This document shows, piece after piece, positions 1 to 9,514 of a stretch of DNA of 64,000 nucleotides (position 1 is the stretch's first letter; each line of letters starts with the position of its first letter). Source of the DNA: an uncultured Clostridia bacterium (lineage in GTDB: Bacteria > Bacillota > Clostridia > Christensenellales > UBA1242); assembly GCA_944362545.1 (NCBI GenBank), contig CALVTJ010000005.1, positions 65,682 through 129,681 on the forward strand. The letters are read 5' to 3'. The position numbers and the translations under genes are program-made. The notes beneath the pieces are model-generated. The model did not search any database and was not told the DNA's origin. It saw nothing but the letters and a program-made list of their open reading frames with translations.

Positions 1-1163
1 ATAAGTTCGGCAACAAAAATTTCCGATTCTTTTGAAGCGGTGCCATTTCCAATGGCAATGATGTCAACCTTGTTTCTTTCAATCATTGCCTTGAGTTTTT
101 CCATGGCTTCTTCTGCTTTTGAACGCGGTGGAGTTGGATAGACCACAGTTGTGTCCAAAACAGAACCATTTTTGTCGATGACTGCAATTTTGCAACCATT
201 GCTATAACCAGGGTCAAAACCCATGATGATGTTGTTTTTCAATGGTGCTTCCATCAAAAGTGGGCGAAGGTTGACTTCAAACATATGAATGGCCTGTTCA
301 TCCGCTCTGTCTGTCAAATTGTTTCTGCACTCTCTTTCAAGTGATGGGAAGAGCAATCTGTCATAAGCATCACGGATGACTTCATCCATAAGTGCATCAG
401 TGTCCTCATTGTTTTTCTTGTAATATTTTTCAATCACAGGAATGGTCAATTTTTCATCGATTGTGATTTCAACCTTCAAACATTTTTCCTTTTCTCCACG
501 ATTGATAGCCAAAATTCTGTGACTTGGAATGTTCTTTACTTCCTGTTTGAAGTTTGCATAAGTTTCATAAGTGTAATTGTTTTCATTTTCTAAAAGCGAA
601 CAAACAATAAATGCCTTGTTTGCAATGATTTCACGAAGTTCCTTTCTCAGTTCTGCATTGTCGGAGATGCGCTCTGCCACAATGTCCTTTGCACCAGCAA
701 TGGCATCTTCAACGGTTGGCACTTCCTCTGTGACAAACTTTTCTGCCTCTGTCATGATGACATAATCTTTTGACTGTGCCTGCAAAATGTCAGCAAGTGG
801 TTCAAGCCCCTTTGCAATTGCCACTGATGCTCTGGTCTTTCTCTTTGGCTTGTATGGACGATAGATATCTTCCACTTCTGTGAGTGTCAAAGCGTTTTCA
901 AGAGCCTTGGCAAGTTCATCTGTCCATTTGCCCTGCTCAGTGATAACCTTCTGCACCTTTGCCTTTTCTTCATCAAGGTTTCGAAGATATTTGAGTCTAT
1001 CGGCAAAGTTTCTCAAAACTTGGTCATCGCATGAGCCATGCATTTCCTTTCTGTATCTCGCGATAAACGGAATGGTGTTTCCTTCATCAATAAGAGTTAT
1101 AATGTTTTCGCTGTATTCCATTTTCAAGCCAAATTCACTTGAAAGTCTTTCTTGAATTGTCAT
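1..1163 (-). CDS. tex: Tex-like transcription accessory protein (partial; C-terminal part lies beyond the window start)
   Basis: Not in ORF track because it is open at the window edge. Manual translation from ATG 1161-1163 reads MTIQERLSSEFGLKMEYSENIITLIDEGNTIPFIARYRKEMHGSCDDQVLRNF, containing the IPFIARYRKE Tex N-terminal signature. A YqgF/RuvC-like GFDPGYSNGCKIAVID segment follows. GGAG lies 9 nt upstream. Confidence 0.85.
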   Translation of the reverse strand, partial: MTIQERLSSEFGLKMEYSENIITLIDEGNTIPFIARYRKEMHGSCDDQVLRNFADRLKYLRNLDEEKAKVQKVITEQGKWTDELAKALENALTLTEVEDIYRPYKPKRKTRASVAIAKGLEPLADILQAQSKDYVIMTEAEKFVTEEVPTVEDAIAGAKDIVAERISDNAELRKELREIIANKAFIVCSLLENENNYTYETYANFKQEVKNIPSHRILAINRGEKEKCLKVEITIDEKLTIPVIEKYYKKNNEDTDALMDEVIRDAYDRLLFPSLERECRNNLTDRADEQAIHMFEVNLRPLLMEAPLKNNIIMGFDPGYSNGCKIAVIDKNGSVLDTTVVYPTPPRSKAEEAMEKLKAMIERNKVDIIAIGNGTASKESEIFVAEL

Positions 1164-1164
1164 T

Positions 1165-2247
1165 TCAATTTCTCCTTAATCTTTGTTGTAAATCTAACAT
1201 TATTCTATCATACTCTGGCAGATTTTGCATAAAGATTTTGCCATTTTTCTGCAAAATTTCTCCATTTTTGACAGTCATAATTACATCTCTTTTACTTTTT
1301 TCCCAAACAAGCGTTTTCAAGGCATTTGCATAAAGAGATGAACCGCCTTTAACGACAACAAAATTGGCGTTTTTGCCTTCTTCAACCGCAAAATCTTCCC
1401 CCAAAAGAGCGGAATTTGTTGCAATCTCAAAAATCTCCTGCTCTGACAGACAATTTTCATCTTCAAACATTCCGCGTTGCGACATCAAAACTTGGCGCAT
1501 AAAAGCAAAAAAGTCCACCTCAAAACTTTCGCCACTTCCCATGCCAATGCAAAGGTCCTTGTTTTTGAGTGACAGCAAATTGACCGGTCTCCTGCCAAAC
1601 TTTCCATCAGCAGATGGAGTTATGCAAAACTTGCAATCATATTGTGAAAACAACTCCAAATCATCTTTTTCAAAACAATTCCCACACACAATGGTTGGGT
1701 TTCTGTCCAAAATGCCAAAGTCTTCCAAGACACGTGTAAGCGATTTTTTGTGTTGCAAATCAACTGTGCCAAGTTCATCAAGTGACAACCCTGCTCTGAC
1801 AAAAACTCTGCTTTTTTCTTTGGCAACACGATTGGAAAAATCTTCAAGTTCGCTGTCGTTTTTCAAATCAACATCCTGCAAGAGTGCAAAGTTTTTGCCT
1901 TCAAATTTTATCTGTTCATTTTCATTCAAATTCGCAAAGTCACAAGCAATCGCACCTGCAAGCAAATTTTTTACTTGCATCAAATTTTGTACATCGGGAA
2001 GCAATTTTTTGTCACAATCAAAACCATAACACCTTTCAAATGCCATTTTGCTGTCACAAAAAGAATTGACAAATGGTGAAAAAACAAAGTTGTCTTCAAG
2101 GTCAAATATTTCATTTTTTTCAAAGTTTTTTGAAGATATTACATTTGCAATTTTGATGAATTTTCCATCTTTAACAAAAATGTCTTTTTCAAAACATGCA
2201 CCTGTTTTGATATCTACAATTTTGGCATTTTTAAATAATGTTTGCAT
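1165..2247 (-). CDS. Amidohydrolase-superfamily protein (MtaD/SsnA-like layout) with metal ligands apparently substituted
   Basis: 360-aa ORF with AGGTGA RBS. The N-terminal beta-sandwich pattern (AKIVDIKTG...IFVKDGKFIKI) and C-terminal pattern (NANFVVV...VIMTVKNGEIL) fit the family. The HxH position reads VNSFCDS and the GTD position reads GMGSGE. Confidence 0.6.
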   Translation of the reverse strand: MQTLFKNAKIVDIKTGACFEKDIFVKDGKFIKIANVISSKNFEKNEIFDLEDNFVFSPFVNSFCDSKMAFERCYGFDCDKKLLPDVQNLMQVKNLLAGAIACDFANLNENEQIKFEGKNFALLQDVDLKNDSELEDFSNRVAKEKSRVFVRAGLSLDELGTVDLQHKKSLTRVLEDFGILDRNPTIVCGNCFEKDDLELFSQYDCKFCITPSADGKFGRRPVNLLSLKNKDLCIGMGSGESFEVDFFAFMRQVLMSQRGMFEDENCLSEQEIFEIATNSALLGEDFAVEEGKNANFVVVKGGSSLYANALKTLVWEKSKRDVIMTVKNGEILQKNGKIFMQNLPEYDRIMLDLQQRLRRN

Positions 2248-2311
2248 ACATTTTCACCTACGAAAAATAATAACTACAAAAAGTATAAAACAAAAAAGGT
2301 CAAAAAGGCAA

Positions 2312-3529
2312 ATGAAAGACAAAACAATTTTGCACTCTGATGTAAACAATTTTTTCGCTTCTGTTGAGTGTGCGACAAATCTCAATCTCAAAAACAAGCC
2401 GGTGGCAGTGACAGGGAACCCAGAAAAACGCAACGGCATAATTTTGGCGAAGAATGATTTAGCAAAGAAAAGTGGAGTTCAAACCGGACAAGCGATTTGG
2501 CAGGCAAAGCAAAAATGCCCTGACCTTGTGACAGTCGGTCCACACTATGCACTTTATGAGAAAATCTCAAAGCGATTGCACGCGCTCTATCTTGACTACA
2601 CCGATTTTGTCGAACCCCTTGGGCTTGATGAATGTTGGCTTGATGTGACAGGTTCGCTCAAATTCTTAAATAAGACAGGGGAAGAAATCGCAGATGAGAT
2701 AAGAGAAAAGGTCAAAAAAGAATTTGGTTTTACCGTTTCAGTTGGTGTTTCGTTTTCAAAAATTTTTGCAAAACTTGGCAGTGACATGAAAAAACCGGAT
2801 GCCACAACTGTGATTGACAGACTACATTTCAAGGAGCTAACCTATCCACTCTCGCTTGACACTGTGGTAGGTTTTGGCAAAAAACTATCAGTAAAATTCT
2901 CCAAAATGAATATAAACACCATCGGTGAATTTGTTGCACTTAACGAAAGTTTTGTCAAAGACATCATGGGCAAAACCGGAGTGGAACTTCACCAAAAACT
3001 ATCCGGCAAGTTTGATGACAAAGTGGCGTGCTATTTTGATCTTGCTCCGCCAAAAAGTGTCGGCAATGGCACAACAACCATCCAAGACATTGAAAGCAAA
3101 GAAGATTTGCAAAAAGTGCTGGCATTTTTGGCAGAAAAGGTTGGCACACGCCTGACAAAAGCACACCTTCAAGGCAGAACTGTCACTGTCACGCTCAAAA
3201 CAAATGAATTTGAAAAACTTCGACATTCAAAAACCATTTCTCCCATTCAGTCGAGTGAAGATATTTTAAAACAGACAACCAAACTTGTTGATGATTTTTT
3301 TGACTATAACAAAAGGATAAGAGCAGTGCGTGTGCGCGTTTCCAATCTTGTCAAAACGGACAAAATCAAACAACTTTCTCTCTTCACTGATGAAACGGAC
3401 AGATTGGAAGAGACAATAACAAAAATAAACAAAAAATATGGCAAAAACAAAATTTTCATTGCCAGCGACACAGCATCATTTATCAATCGCAAAAATGAAG
3501 ATGAAGAACTGGCACATGATGACAGTTAA
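2312..3529 (+). CDS. dinB: DNA polymerase IV (Y-family translesion polymerase)
   Basis: MKDKTILHSDVNNFFASVECATNLNLKNKPVAVTG and LGLDECWLDVTG motifs. The 88 N-terminal codons in the track overlap the divergent upstream gene, so the start is moved to ATG 2312. Confidence 0.9.
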   Translation: MKDKTILHSDVNNFFASVECATNLNLKNKPVAVTGNPEKRNGIILAKNDLAKKSGVQTGQAIWQAKQKCPDLVTVGPHYALYEKISKRLHALYLDYTDFVEPLGLDECWLDVTGSLKFLNKTGEEIADEIREKVKKEFGFTVSVGVSFSKIFAKLGSDMKKPDATTVIDRLHFKELTYPLSLDTVVGFGKKLSVKFSKMNINTIGEFVALNESFVKDIMGKTGVELHQKLSGKFDDKVACYFDLAPPKSVGNGTTTIQDIESKEDLQKVLAFLAEKVGTRLTKAHLQGRTVTVTLKTNEFEKLRHSKTISPIQSSEDILKQTTKLVDDFFDYNKRIRAVRVRVSNLVKTDKIKQLSLFTDETDRLEETITKINKKYGKNKIFIASDTASFINRKNEDEELAHDDS

Positions 3530-3564
3530 CTTGTGAGAGTGCCATGTAAACACACTATGAAAAA

Positions 3565-3605
3565 CAAAAAAACACCGGAAATTTGAATCGGTGTTTTGTT
3601 TTTTG
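3565..3605. terminator. Bidirectional intrinsic terminator between dinB and secF
   Basis: Stem ACACCG (3572-3577) pairs with CGGTGT (3589-3594). It is flanked by an A-run and a T-run. Confidence 0.7.
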
Positions 3606-3611
3606 AACATT

Positions 3612-4727
3612 TTAAGCATTGACAACAGTGTCTTCTTTGCTTTCAGTGGTCTGTTTTTTAATCTTTTTCTTCTTGCTTGGTTTGAATGCAATTGCCCAAA
3701 GAGCTGGTGCAATAAAGATGGAAGAATAGAAACTTGCAAGCAACCCAAAAAGTATCGGCAAAACAAGATTTCTCACTTCGCCAACACCGATAATTGTGAC
3801 AAGCAAAAGCACAACCAAAAGCACAACGGTGGTGATAATTTGTCTTGGCAAAATTTCCTTCACAGCACCGTTTGCAACCTTTCTGTTGTCCAATTTCTGC
3901 CCTGCCTGCAAAGTGGTGTTTGTGTCCGCCTTGATATTTGCAAACACCACAAAAGTGTTGTAAACCGAATAGCAAAGCACAGCAAACAACGCCACAACAA
4001 ATGAAGCATTCACCTCAATTCTGCAGATAAGCATCATTGCAGTGACAACAAGCAAATCTTGCAAAACCGCCAAAATGATGGCAAGAGCACTTGTGAAGTT
4101 TTGGCGAAGCCCAGCATAAAGTGCAATCAAAACGAGTGCAACAACAAGTCCGATAAATGTTATCATGACAAGTTGAATTCCGACTGAGGCGGTGATAATT
4201 CCACCATTTGCCACAAAACCAGCCTCATCCAATGTGTTCAAATCTTCAACTGTGTTTGTGTCATCAAAGTAGCCAAATGCTTTCAAAAGTTCGAATTGAA
4301 TTTGTCTGTTTTCTTCTTGAATTTCTTCATTTGATAGTGTTTTGTCATTTTGATATCTAACAAGCACGGCCCCAACGCTGTCAAGGTCCAAATCCTGATT
4401 TGAAAAGGTTGTTGCCTGAATGAAATTTACTGAAAGTCCATGCTCTTGCAAGACCTGCTGGACTTTTTCTTCAATTTCATTCATGTCGCTGGCAAGGTCA
4501 TAGGATGTGTATTCTTCATAAACCCCTTCGCTGTTTGTGTAAATTGTCATGCTGGAACCACCCGTAAAGTCAAAACCAAGATTGAACCCAAGTGTGCACA
4601 AAAGCACAATTCCAACCACAACAAGCAAAATTGGAGCAATCAAAAACCATTTCATATTTTTGCAAAAGTCAAACTTTGAACCAGCAATTTTTTCATCAAA
4701 AGAAAGTTTCATCTTTTTGTTATTCAT
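3612..4727 (-). CDS. secF: Protein translocase subunit SecF
   Basis: FDFTGGSSMTIY motif and a C-terminal multi-TM bundle. It overlaps the secD stop by 8 nt. Confidence 0.9.
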   Translation of the reverse strand: MNNKKMKLSFDEKIAGSKFDFCKNMKWFLIAPILLVVVGIVLLCTLGFNLGFDFTGGSSMTIYTNSEGVYEEYTSYDLASDMNEIEEKVQQVLQEHGLSVNFIQATTFSNQDLDLDSVGAVLVRYQNDKTLSNEEIQEENRQIQFELLKAFGYFDDTNTVEDLNTLDEAGFVANGGIITASVGIQLVMITFIGLVVALVLIALYAGLRQNFTSALAIILAVLQDLLVVTAMMLICRIEVNASFVVALFAVLCYSVYNTFVVFANIKADTNTTLQAGQKLDNRKVANGAVKEILPRQIITTVVLLVVLLLVTIIGVGEVRNLVLPILFGLLASFYSSIFIAPALWAIAFKPSKKKKIKKQTTESKEDTVVNA

Positions 4728-6063
4728 TTGCCTGCCCTCCTTCGATGATTACTTCGCCATCCTTGATATGTTTGACTTGATTTGGCATATGAAGTTTCTT
4801 TGCCTTAACACTGTTGAAAGGCAGATACCATTTGAGCAAATATCTTAAAACTACCAAGTTGACAAACAAAGACAAAACTGTGCCAATCAAAAGGATAAAT
4901 GCAAATTGTTGAAGTTCCACCGAACCCAAAACACAAAGCAAGATGCCAAACAGCAATGTCAAAAAGTGTGAGTCAAGCACCGGCCAAAGTGAGCGTTTAA
5001 AGCCCGATTTGAAAGCAATAGGAATTTTCATGCCAGAGCGATAATCTGCTCTGATTTTTTCAAGGATGACCACTGCCGAACCAATGACAATAAATGCACT
5101 AAACAAAATGCCTGCAAAAGATGTGAGCATAAGTTCAATCCCAGGAATTGCCTGCATAAAGAACAGCATCAAAACTGTGTAAATCACAAGAGCAAAGTCG
5201 GCTAAAAGACCGAAATCGCCATATCTTATCCAAAGCAAAACCATAACAATCAAAAGTGCCACACCGCCAGCAATCAAAAAGAAGTTCATTGCTTGTGTGC
5301 CAAGTTCTGCTGGAATGATTGTCGAACTTGAAAGGTCGAGATCAGCACTAAACACACCGCCCATAATTTGATTTGCCCAACTTTGAGCCTGCTCTTCGGT
5401 GTCGAAAGCCAAGCCCAATGGAGAGCCAACTTCTATTTGTTCCTTGCAAGTGATTTGTTGAAGCAAGTTATCTCCAAGGTAAATGTAGAAAGTCACCTGA
5501 GTAGTTGCGGCATCTGCAGTAAGTTCTGCAAGTCTTTCTGAAGCATCATTATTAAAAAGAATGAATGCACCGAATTGATTATTTGTTCCTGGTTGATATT
5601 GAACCTTAACATCACTAACATCAGTAGCTACAAATTGAGCATCTCCATCTTCTTCTGTTGCGATTTTCAATGGAGTTTTTTCGGTTGTAAGTTTTGTGAT
5701 AGCATTTGCATCAGAAAGTGCAGGAACTTCCACTCTTATGGAATTTCCCTGTCTTGTCACACTGACATCATCATATTCCTGTGAAATGACATTTTGCAGT
5801 CTTGCCACCGTGCCATCAACTGCTATGCCAAGGTTTGTTGTGTTGCTGTCAGTGCCAAGAGAGCAGTCATAAACGACAGAAATTCCACCGACAAAATCAA
5901 TGCCAAGTGGAATGGAATTTGCAAAGCCATTGTAAACCTGCGTTGTAAATGGAATGTTGAAACTGCAAAAAGACAAAACAAGCCCAGCGATTGTCAACAA
6001 AACCACTGCGACATAATTTAAAATGGAGTTGCTTTTTGCTCTACTTCTAGTTTTTCTAGCCAT
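4720..6063 (-). CDS. secD: Protein translocase subunit SecD
   Basis: N-terminal TM, GIDFVGGISVVY motif, large extracytoplasmic domain and C-terminal TM bundle. AAGGGG RBS. Confidence 0.9.
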   Translation of the reverse strand: MARKTRSRAKSNSILNYVAVVLLTIAGLVLSFCSFNIPFTTQVYNGFANSIPLGIDFVGGISVVYDCSLGTDSNTTNLGIAVDGTVARLQNVISQEYDDVSVTRQGNSIRVEVPALSDANAITKLTTEKTPLKIATEEDGDAQFVATDVSDVKVQYQPGTNNQFGAFILFNNDASERLAELTADAATTQVTFYIYLGDNLLQQITCKEQIEVGSPLGLAFDTEEQAQSWANQIMGGVFSADLDLSSSTIIPAELGTQAMNFFLIAGGVALLIVMVLLWIRYGDFGLLADFALVIYTVLMLFFMQAIPGIELMLTSFAGILFSAFIVIGSAVVILEKIRADYRSGMKIPIAFKSGFKRSLWPVLDSHFLTLLFGILLCVLGSVELQQFAFILLIGTVLSLFVNLVVLRYLLKWYLPFNSVKAKKLHMPNQVKHIKDGEVIIEGGQANE

Positions 6064-6167
6064 TGTTGCCCCTTAACTTTGAGAATTTTTGAACAATCAA
6101 ACCGAAAATTTTGCCACCAGTTGTTCGCAAAAATTAAGTAAAATTGTCCACATAAAATACTTTGTTT

Positions 6168-6196
6168 AGTATAATACATTAAGGGACTTATGTCAA
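6168..6196 (-). promoter_or_regulatory. Sigma-70-type promoter for secDF
   Basis: Minus strand reads TTGACA (6191-6196), 17-nt spacer, TATACT (6168-6173). Confidence 0.5.
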
Positions 6197-6204
6197 TTAA
6201 AATG

Positions 6205-6612
6205 TCAATTTTTTTTCAAATTGACACAAATAATGCCACAGATTGCACCAATGACACTTCCAAAAATAATATCGTTTAAAAAAGTTCTATCAAAGACAAA
6301 AGCCCCATCCAAAATTGAAAACACCAAAAATGCGAAAATTGTAAAGAAAAATCCTATCAAAAGACCACTCAAAAGCCCCATGTTTTTGTGTTTTTTCATG
6401 CCGATAAAAACACCGAAAAAGATGCTGATACCCTTGATAACTTGATTGACTGGTGCAATGATTTTGTCAGAGATACTCGTAAATCTCAACACAAACGCAA
6501 AAATCAAAATACCCACAAGTGCCACGCAAAGTCCAACAATCACACCTTTGAGCACACAAAAAAACAAATTTCCGCTGGCAGATTTCTCACTGTTTGTTGT
6601 CTTCAATTTCAT
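6205..6612 (-). CDS. Small integral membrane protein, TIGR04086/YrzE-like
   Basis: 135 aa with four predicted TM helices, G/I/F-rich (GLLSGLLIGFFFTIFAFLVFSIL). AAGGAGG RBS. Confidence 0.6.
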   Translation of the reverse strand: MKLKTTNSEKSASGNLFFCVLKGVIVGLCVALVGILIFAFVLRFTSISDKIIAPVNQVIKGISIFFGVFIGMKKHKNMGLLSGLLIGFFFTIFAFLVFSILDGAFVFDRTFLNDIIFGSVIGAICGIICVNLKKN

Positions 6613-6725
6613 TATTGCCTCCTTGTCACAAAATAAACATTTCGTAAGTTAAAATATCCTATGCCACAGTGTTTAAATTCATGACAGGCAAGTCCAAACA
6701 AACATGCAGAACAAAACTCATATCT

Positions 6726-6765
6726 AAAAAAAATAGCGGAAATGTTTTTCCACTATCTTTTTTTT
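6726..6765. terminator. Intrinsic terminator downstream of yajC
   Basis: Stem ATAGCGGAAA (6733-6742) pairs with TTTCCACTAT (6747-6756). A-run and T-run flank it. Confidence 0.65.
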
Positions 6766-6797
6766 ACAAATTTTACAAATGAATGACAAATATCAAC

Positions 6798-7325
6798 CTA
6801 TTTATTGTCTTTTTTTGTTATTTTGTTGCTGGATTTTTTCTCTTTTGTTGTTTCAGTAGGTTCTGTCTTTGATTCCTTTGTCACATCAACAGTCTCGGTC
6901 GCAACAACATTTTCAACAACTGCATCTTTGTCATTTTTCTTGTTTTTCTTTGCCTTCTTTGCTTCTTTCTCAGCCTTTTCTTCTTCCAAAGCCTTGCGTT
7001 CTGCCTCCGCCTTTTCTTCCGCTTCCTTTTTGAGTTCTGCTTCACTCTTGAAAACGGTGTAAATTGCATAAGCATCAATACTCAAATAACTCTTTGTCTT
7101 TCCGCCTGTTTCAAGCACAACAATCTTTTGAGAATCATCAAATTTCAGTTCAACAATCGTGCCGTAAACTCCACTTGTTGTCAAAACTTTGTCTCCAACC
7201 TTCAAAGAATTGGTCTGTTCTTGAATTTTTTGAGTTTCTCTCTTGTTTCTGGCATTCATCATGATTGGAAGTGCAATCAACAAAAGCACAATTATGACAA
7301 TTAGCGCAATATCCCATCCTGGCAT
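6798..7325 (-). CDS. yajC: Preprotein translocase subunit YajC with a long Lys/Glu-rich C-terminal tail
   Basis: N-terminal TM followed by the YajC core KVGDKVLTTSGVYGTIVEL. About 85 extra charged residues follow. AAGGAGA RBS. Confidence 0.85.
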   Translation of the reverse strand: MPGWDIALIVIIVLLLIALPIMMNARNKRETQKIQEQTNSLKVGDKVLTTSGVYGTIVELKFDDSQKIVVLETGGKTKSYLSIDAYAIYTVFKSEAELKKEAEEKAEAERKALEEEKAEKEAKKAKKNKKNDKDAVVENVVATETVDVTKESKTEPTETTKEKKSSNKITKKDNK

Positions 7326-7338
7326 AATCTTTCTCCTT

Positions 7339-7413
7339 TTATTTTTTTAAACAGCCTAAAAGCAAAATAAAGAAGATAACGCCCAAAGGCAAAATCACTT
7401 CGTTTATTCCCAT
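7339..7413 (-). CDS. Candidate 24-aa hydrophobic micro-protein upstream of yajC
   Basis: Manual translation gives MGINEVILPLGVIFFILLLGCLKK. AAGGAG lies 8 nt upstream. Its stop codon abuts the yajC SD. It is below the ORF-track size cutoff. Confidence 0.4.
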   Translation of the reverse strand: MGINEVILPLGVIFFILLLGCLKK

Positions 7414-7523
7414 TTTTTAGACTCCTTTTAAGATATTATCACAAAATGTTAGCATATTCCAAACGAAATTTCAAGATTATCTGCGAAAAAATGTGAATTT
7501 TGTCAAAAGTGATTTCCTGTCGT

Positions 7524-9260
7524 TTAAATCTTTTTTGTTTTGATTTCATCTTTAAGTCTGGCAATAAAATCATCAAGTTTCAGACCGCTGGCATTTTCAA
7601 ACTTTCTGCCACGAATGGAGATTGTTCCATTCTTCTCTTCTTCATCTCCGACAATGACAAGATATGGAATCTTCATTGAAAGTGCTTCACGAATCTTATA
7701 GCCTATCTTTTCGTTTCTTATGTCCAGTTCGGCGCGAAGACCGGCATCAAACAATGTGCTTTGTATCTTCTTTGCATATTCTTCATTTCGGTCCGTAAGT
7801 GACAAAACTTTCACTTGCACTGGAGCAAGCCAAAGTGGAAAGGCACCAGCAAAATGTTCTATCAAAATTCCGAAAAATCTTTCAAGTGAACCATAGATAA
7901 CTCGGTGAATCATGATTGGACGATGCTTTTCGCCATCTTCACCAACATATTCAAGTTCAAATCGTTGTGGAAGTTGGAAGTCGAGTTGGATTGTTCCGCA
8001 CTGCCAAGTTCTGCCAATGCAGTCTGTCAAATGGAAGTCAATCTTTGGTCCATAAAATGCACCATCGCCTTCGTTTATGACATAGTCAATCTTCAAGTCA
8101 TCAAGCGCGCCCTTAAGAGCATCCGTGGCAAGTTCCCAATCTTCATCGCTTCCCATGCTGTCATCAGGTCTGGTGGAAAGTTCGACATGATATTTGAAGT
8201 TGAAAACCTTGTAAACTTCGTCTATGAGAGCCACAATGTTTTTGATTTCATCCCTGATTTGACTCGGTGTCAAAAAGATGTGCGCATCATCTTGCGTGAA
8301 GCAACGCACTCTCATAAGTCCGCCAAGTTCGCCAGACTTTTCATGTCTGTGAACAAGTCCGAGTTCGCCAAGACGAAGAGGCAAATCTCTGTAAGAATGT
8401 GGAGAATTTTTGTAAACCAAAATTCCACCTGGACAGTTCATTGGTTTGATTGCAAAATCAACATCATCAATTTTTGTGGTATACATGTTTGCCTTGTAAT
8501 GTTCCCAATGTCCTGAAGTTTCCCAAAGATGGCGAGAAAGCATAACCGGAGTGGAAATTTCATCATAACCCGCTTTTCTGTGAATCTCATGCCAATAATT
8601 TATAAGTTCGTTTCTCACTATCATGCCATTTGGAAGATAGAACGGAAAACCTGGACCTTCCGGCGAAATCATGAAAAGTTTGAGTTCCTTTCCAAGTTTT
8701 CTGTGGTCGCGCCTTTTGGCTTCTTCAAGCATGTTGATGTGCTCGGAAAGTTGTTTCTTGTCGGCAAATGCCCAAACATAAACTCTTTGAAGCATCTTGT
8801 TCTTTTCATCGCCACGCCAATATGCACCATTGACTGAATGAATCTTGTAAGCATAGTTTTGCAAATTTCTACAACTCTCAACATGAGGACCACTGCAAAG
8901 GTCAAAAAAGTCATCACCGGTGTAATAGATTGAAATGATTGCATCTTCTGACAGTTCGTTTATAATTTCGGTTTTGTAAGGATTGTTTTTGAAGAGTTTA
9001 AGCGCCTCGGCGCGTGAAACTTCCTTTCTCACAAAAAGTTCACCTTTGTTTATGATTTCCTTCATCTTCTTTTCAATGACAGGAAAGTCCGCCGGTGTCA
9101 GTTGCCTGTCAAGGTCGATGTCATAATAAAATCCATCTTCAATGGCAGGGCCAATGGTGAGAAGTGTTTTTGGATAAAGTTCTGTCAGCGCCTTTGCCAA
9201 AACATGCGCAAGAGAATGTCTTGCAGTGTGCAGTTTTTCATCTTTTTCTTTAATTTCCAT
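7524..9260 (-). CDS. thrS: Threonine--tRNA ligase, short form lacking the N-terminal TGS domain
   Basis: Starts MEIKEKDEKLHTARHSLAHVLAKA (editing-domain HxxxH). A class II catalytic core and anticodon-binding C-terminus follow. The start is moved to ATG 9258-9260 (GGAG RBS) because the longer track ORF overlaps the T-box terminator. Confidence 0.92.
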   Translation of the reverse strand: MEIKEKDEKLHTARHSLAHVLAKALTELYPKTLLTIGPAIEDGFYYDIDLDRQLTPADFPVIEKKMKEIINKGELFVRKEVSRAEALKLFKNNPYKTEIINELSEDAIISIYYTGDDFFDLCSGPHVESCRNLQNYAYKIHSVNGAYWRGDEKNKMLQRVYVWAFADKKQLSEHINMLEEAKRRDHRKLGKELKLFMISPEGPGFPFYLPNGMIVRNELINYWHEIHRKAGYDEISTPVMLSRHLWETSGHWEHYKANMYTTKIDDVDFAIKPMNCPGGILVYKNSPHSYRDLPLRLGELGLVHRHEKSGELGGLMRVRCFTQDDAHIFLTPSQIRDEIKNIVALIDEVYKVFNFKYHVELSTRPDDSMGSDEDWELATDALKGALDDLKIDYVINEGDGAFYGPKIDFHLTDCIGRTWQCGTIQLDFQLPQRFELEYVGEDGEKHRPIMIHRVIYGSLERFFGILIEHFAGAFPLWLAPVQVKVLSLTDRNEEYAKKIQSTLFDAGLRAELDIRNEKIGYKIREALSMKIPYLVIVGDEEEKNGTISIRGRKFENASGLKLDDFIARLKDEIKTKKI

Positions 9261-9294
9261 GATAATCTCCTTTTTGCCGTTTTGAGAATTGTAA

Positions 9295-9478
9295 AACAAA
9301 AAATCGTTCTCAAAAACAAGCATAACTTGATTTTAAGGACGATTTAAAACCGTGGTTCCACCTTAATTGCACACAGTTTTGTGTGCCACTCTTTTTGATG
9401 CACCTTCAAACGCAAAAGTGGTTTCATTTTCAACCCGCGAAGATTTTTCACCAACCAATCTCTCTCTAAACGCAAAAT
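9295..9478 (-). promoter_or_regulatory. T-box riboswitch leader of thrS (candidate ACC Thr specifier)
   Basis: The minus strand has an AGAGAGAG stem I element and GAAACCAC with an ACC codon followed by a purine. The T-box sequence is AATTAAGGTGGAACCACGG (9351-9362 core). TTAAGG/CCTTAA antiterminator pairing competes with the terminator AATCGTCCTTAAAA/TTTTGAGAACGATT plus a U-run. Confidence 0.85.
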
Positions 9479-9514
9479 GATGAAAACTACTTATCTTTCA
9501 CTAAATGCGCTTTT

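Noticed and set aside
2048-2311. N-terminal extensions of track ORFs: dinB 2048, thrS to 9323, glmS to 18420, alr to 20153, MBL to 27030, rsmE to 53333, the 222-aa gene to 59765
   Set aside because: The extensions overlap divergent genes, terminators, a T-box or promoters, and they lack an RBS. Internal ATGs with good SDs reproduce the canonical N-termini.
2248-2311. SOS (LexA/DinR) box upstream of dinB
   Set aside because: No GAAC-N4-GTTC-like palindrome occurs in the 64-nt divergent spacer.
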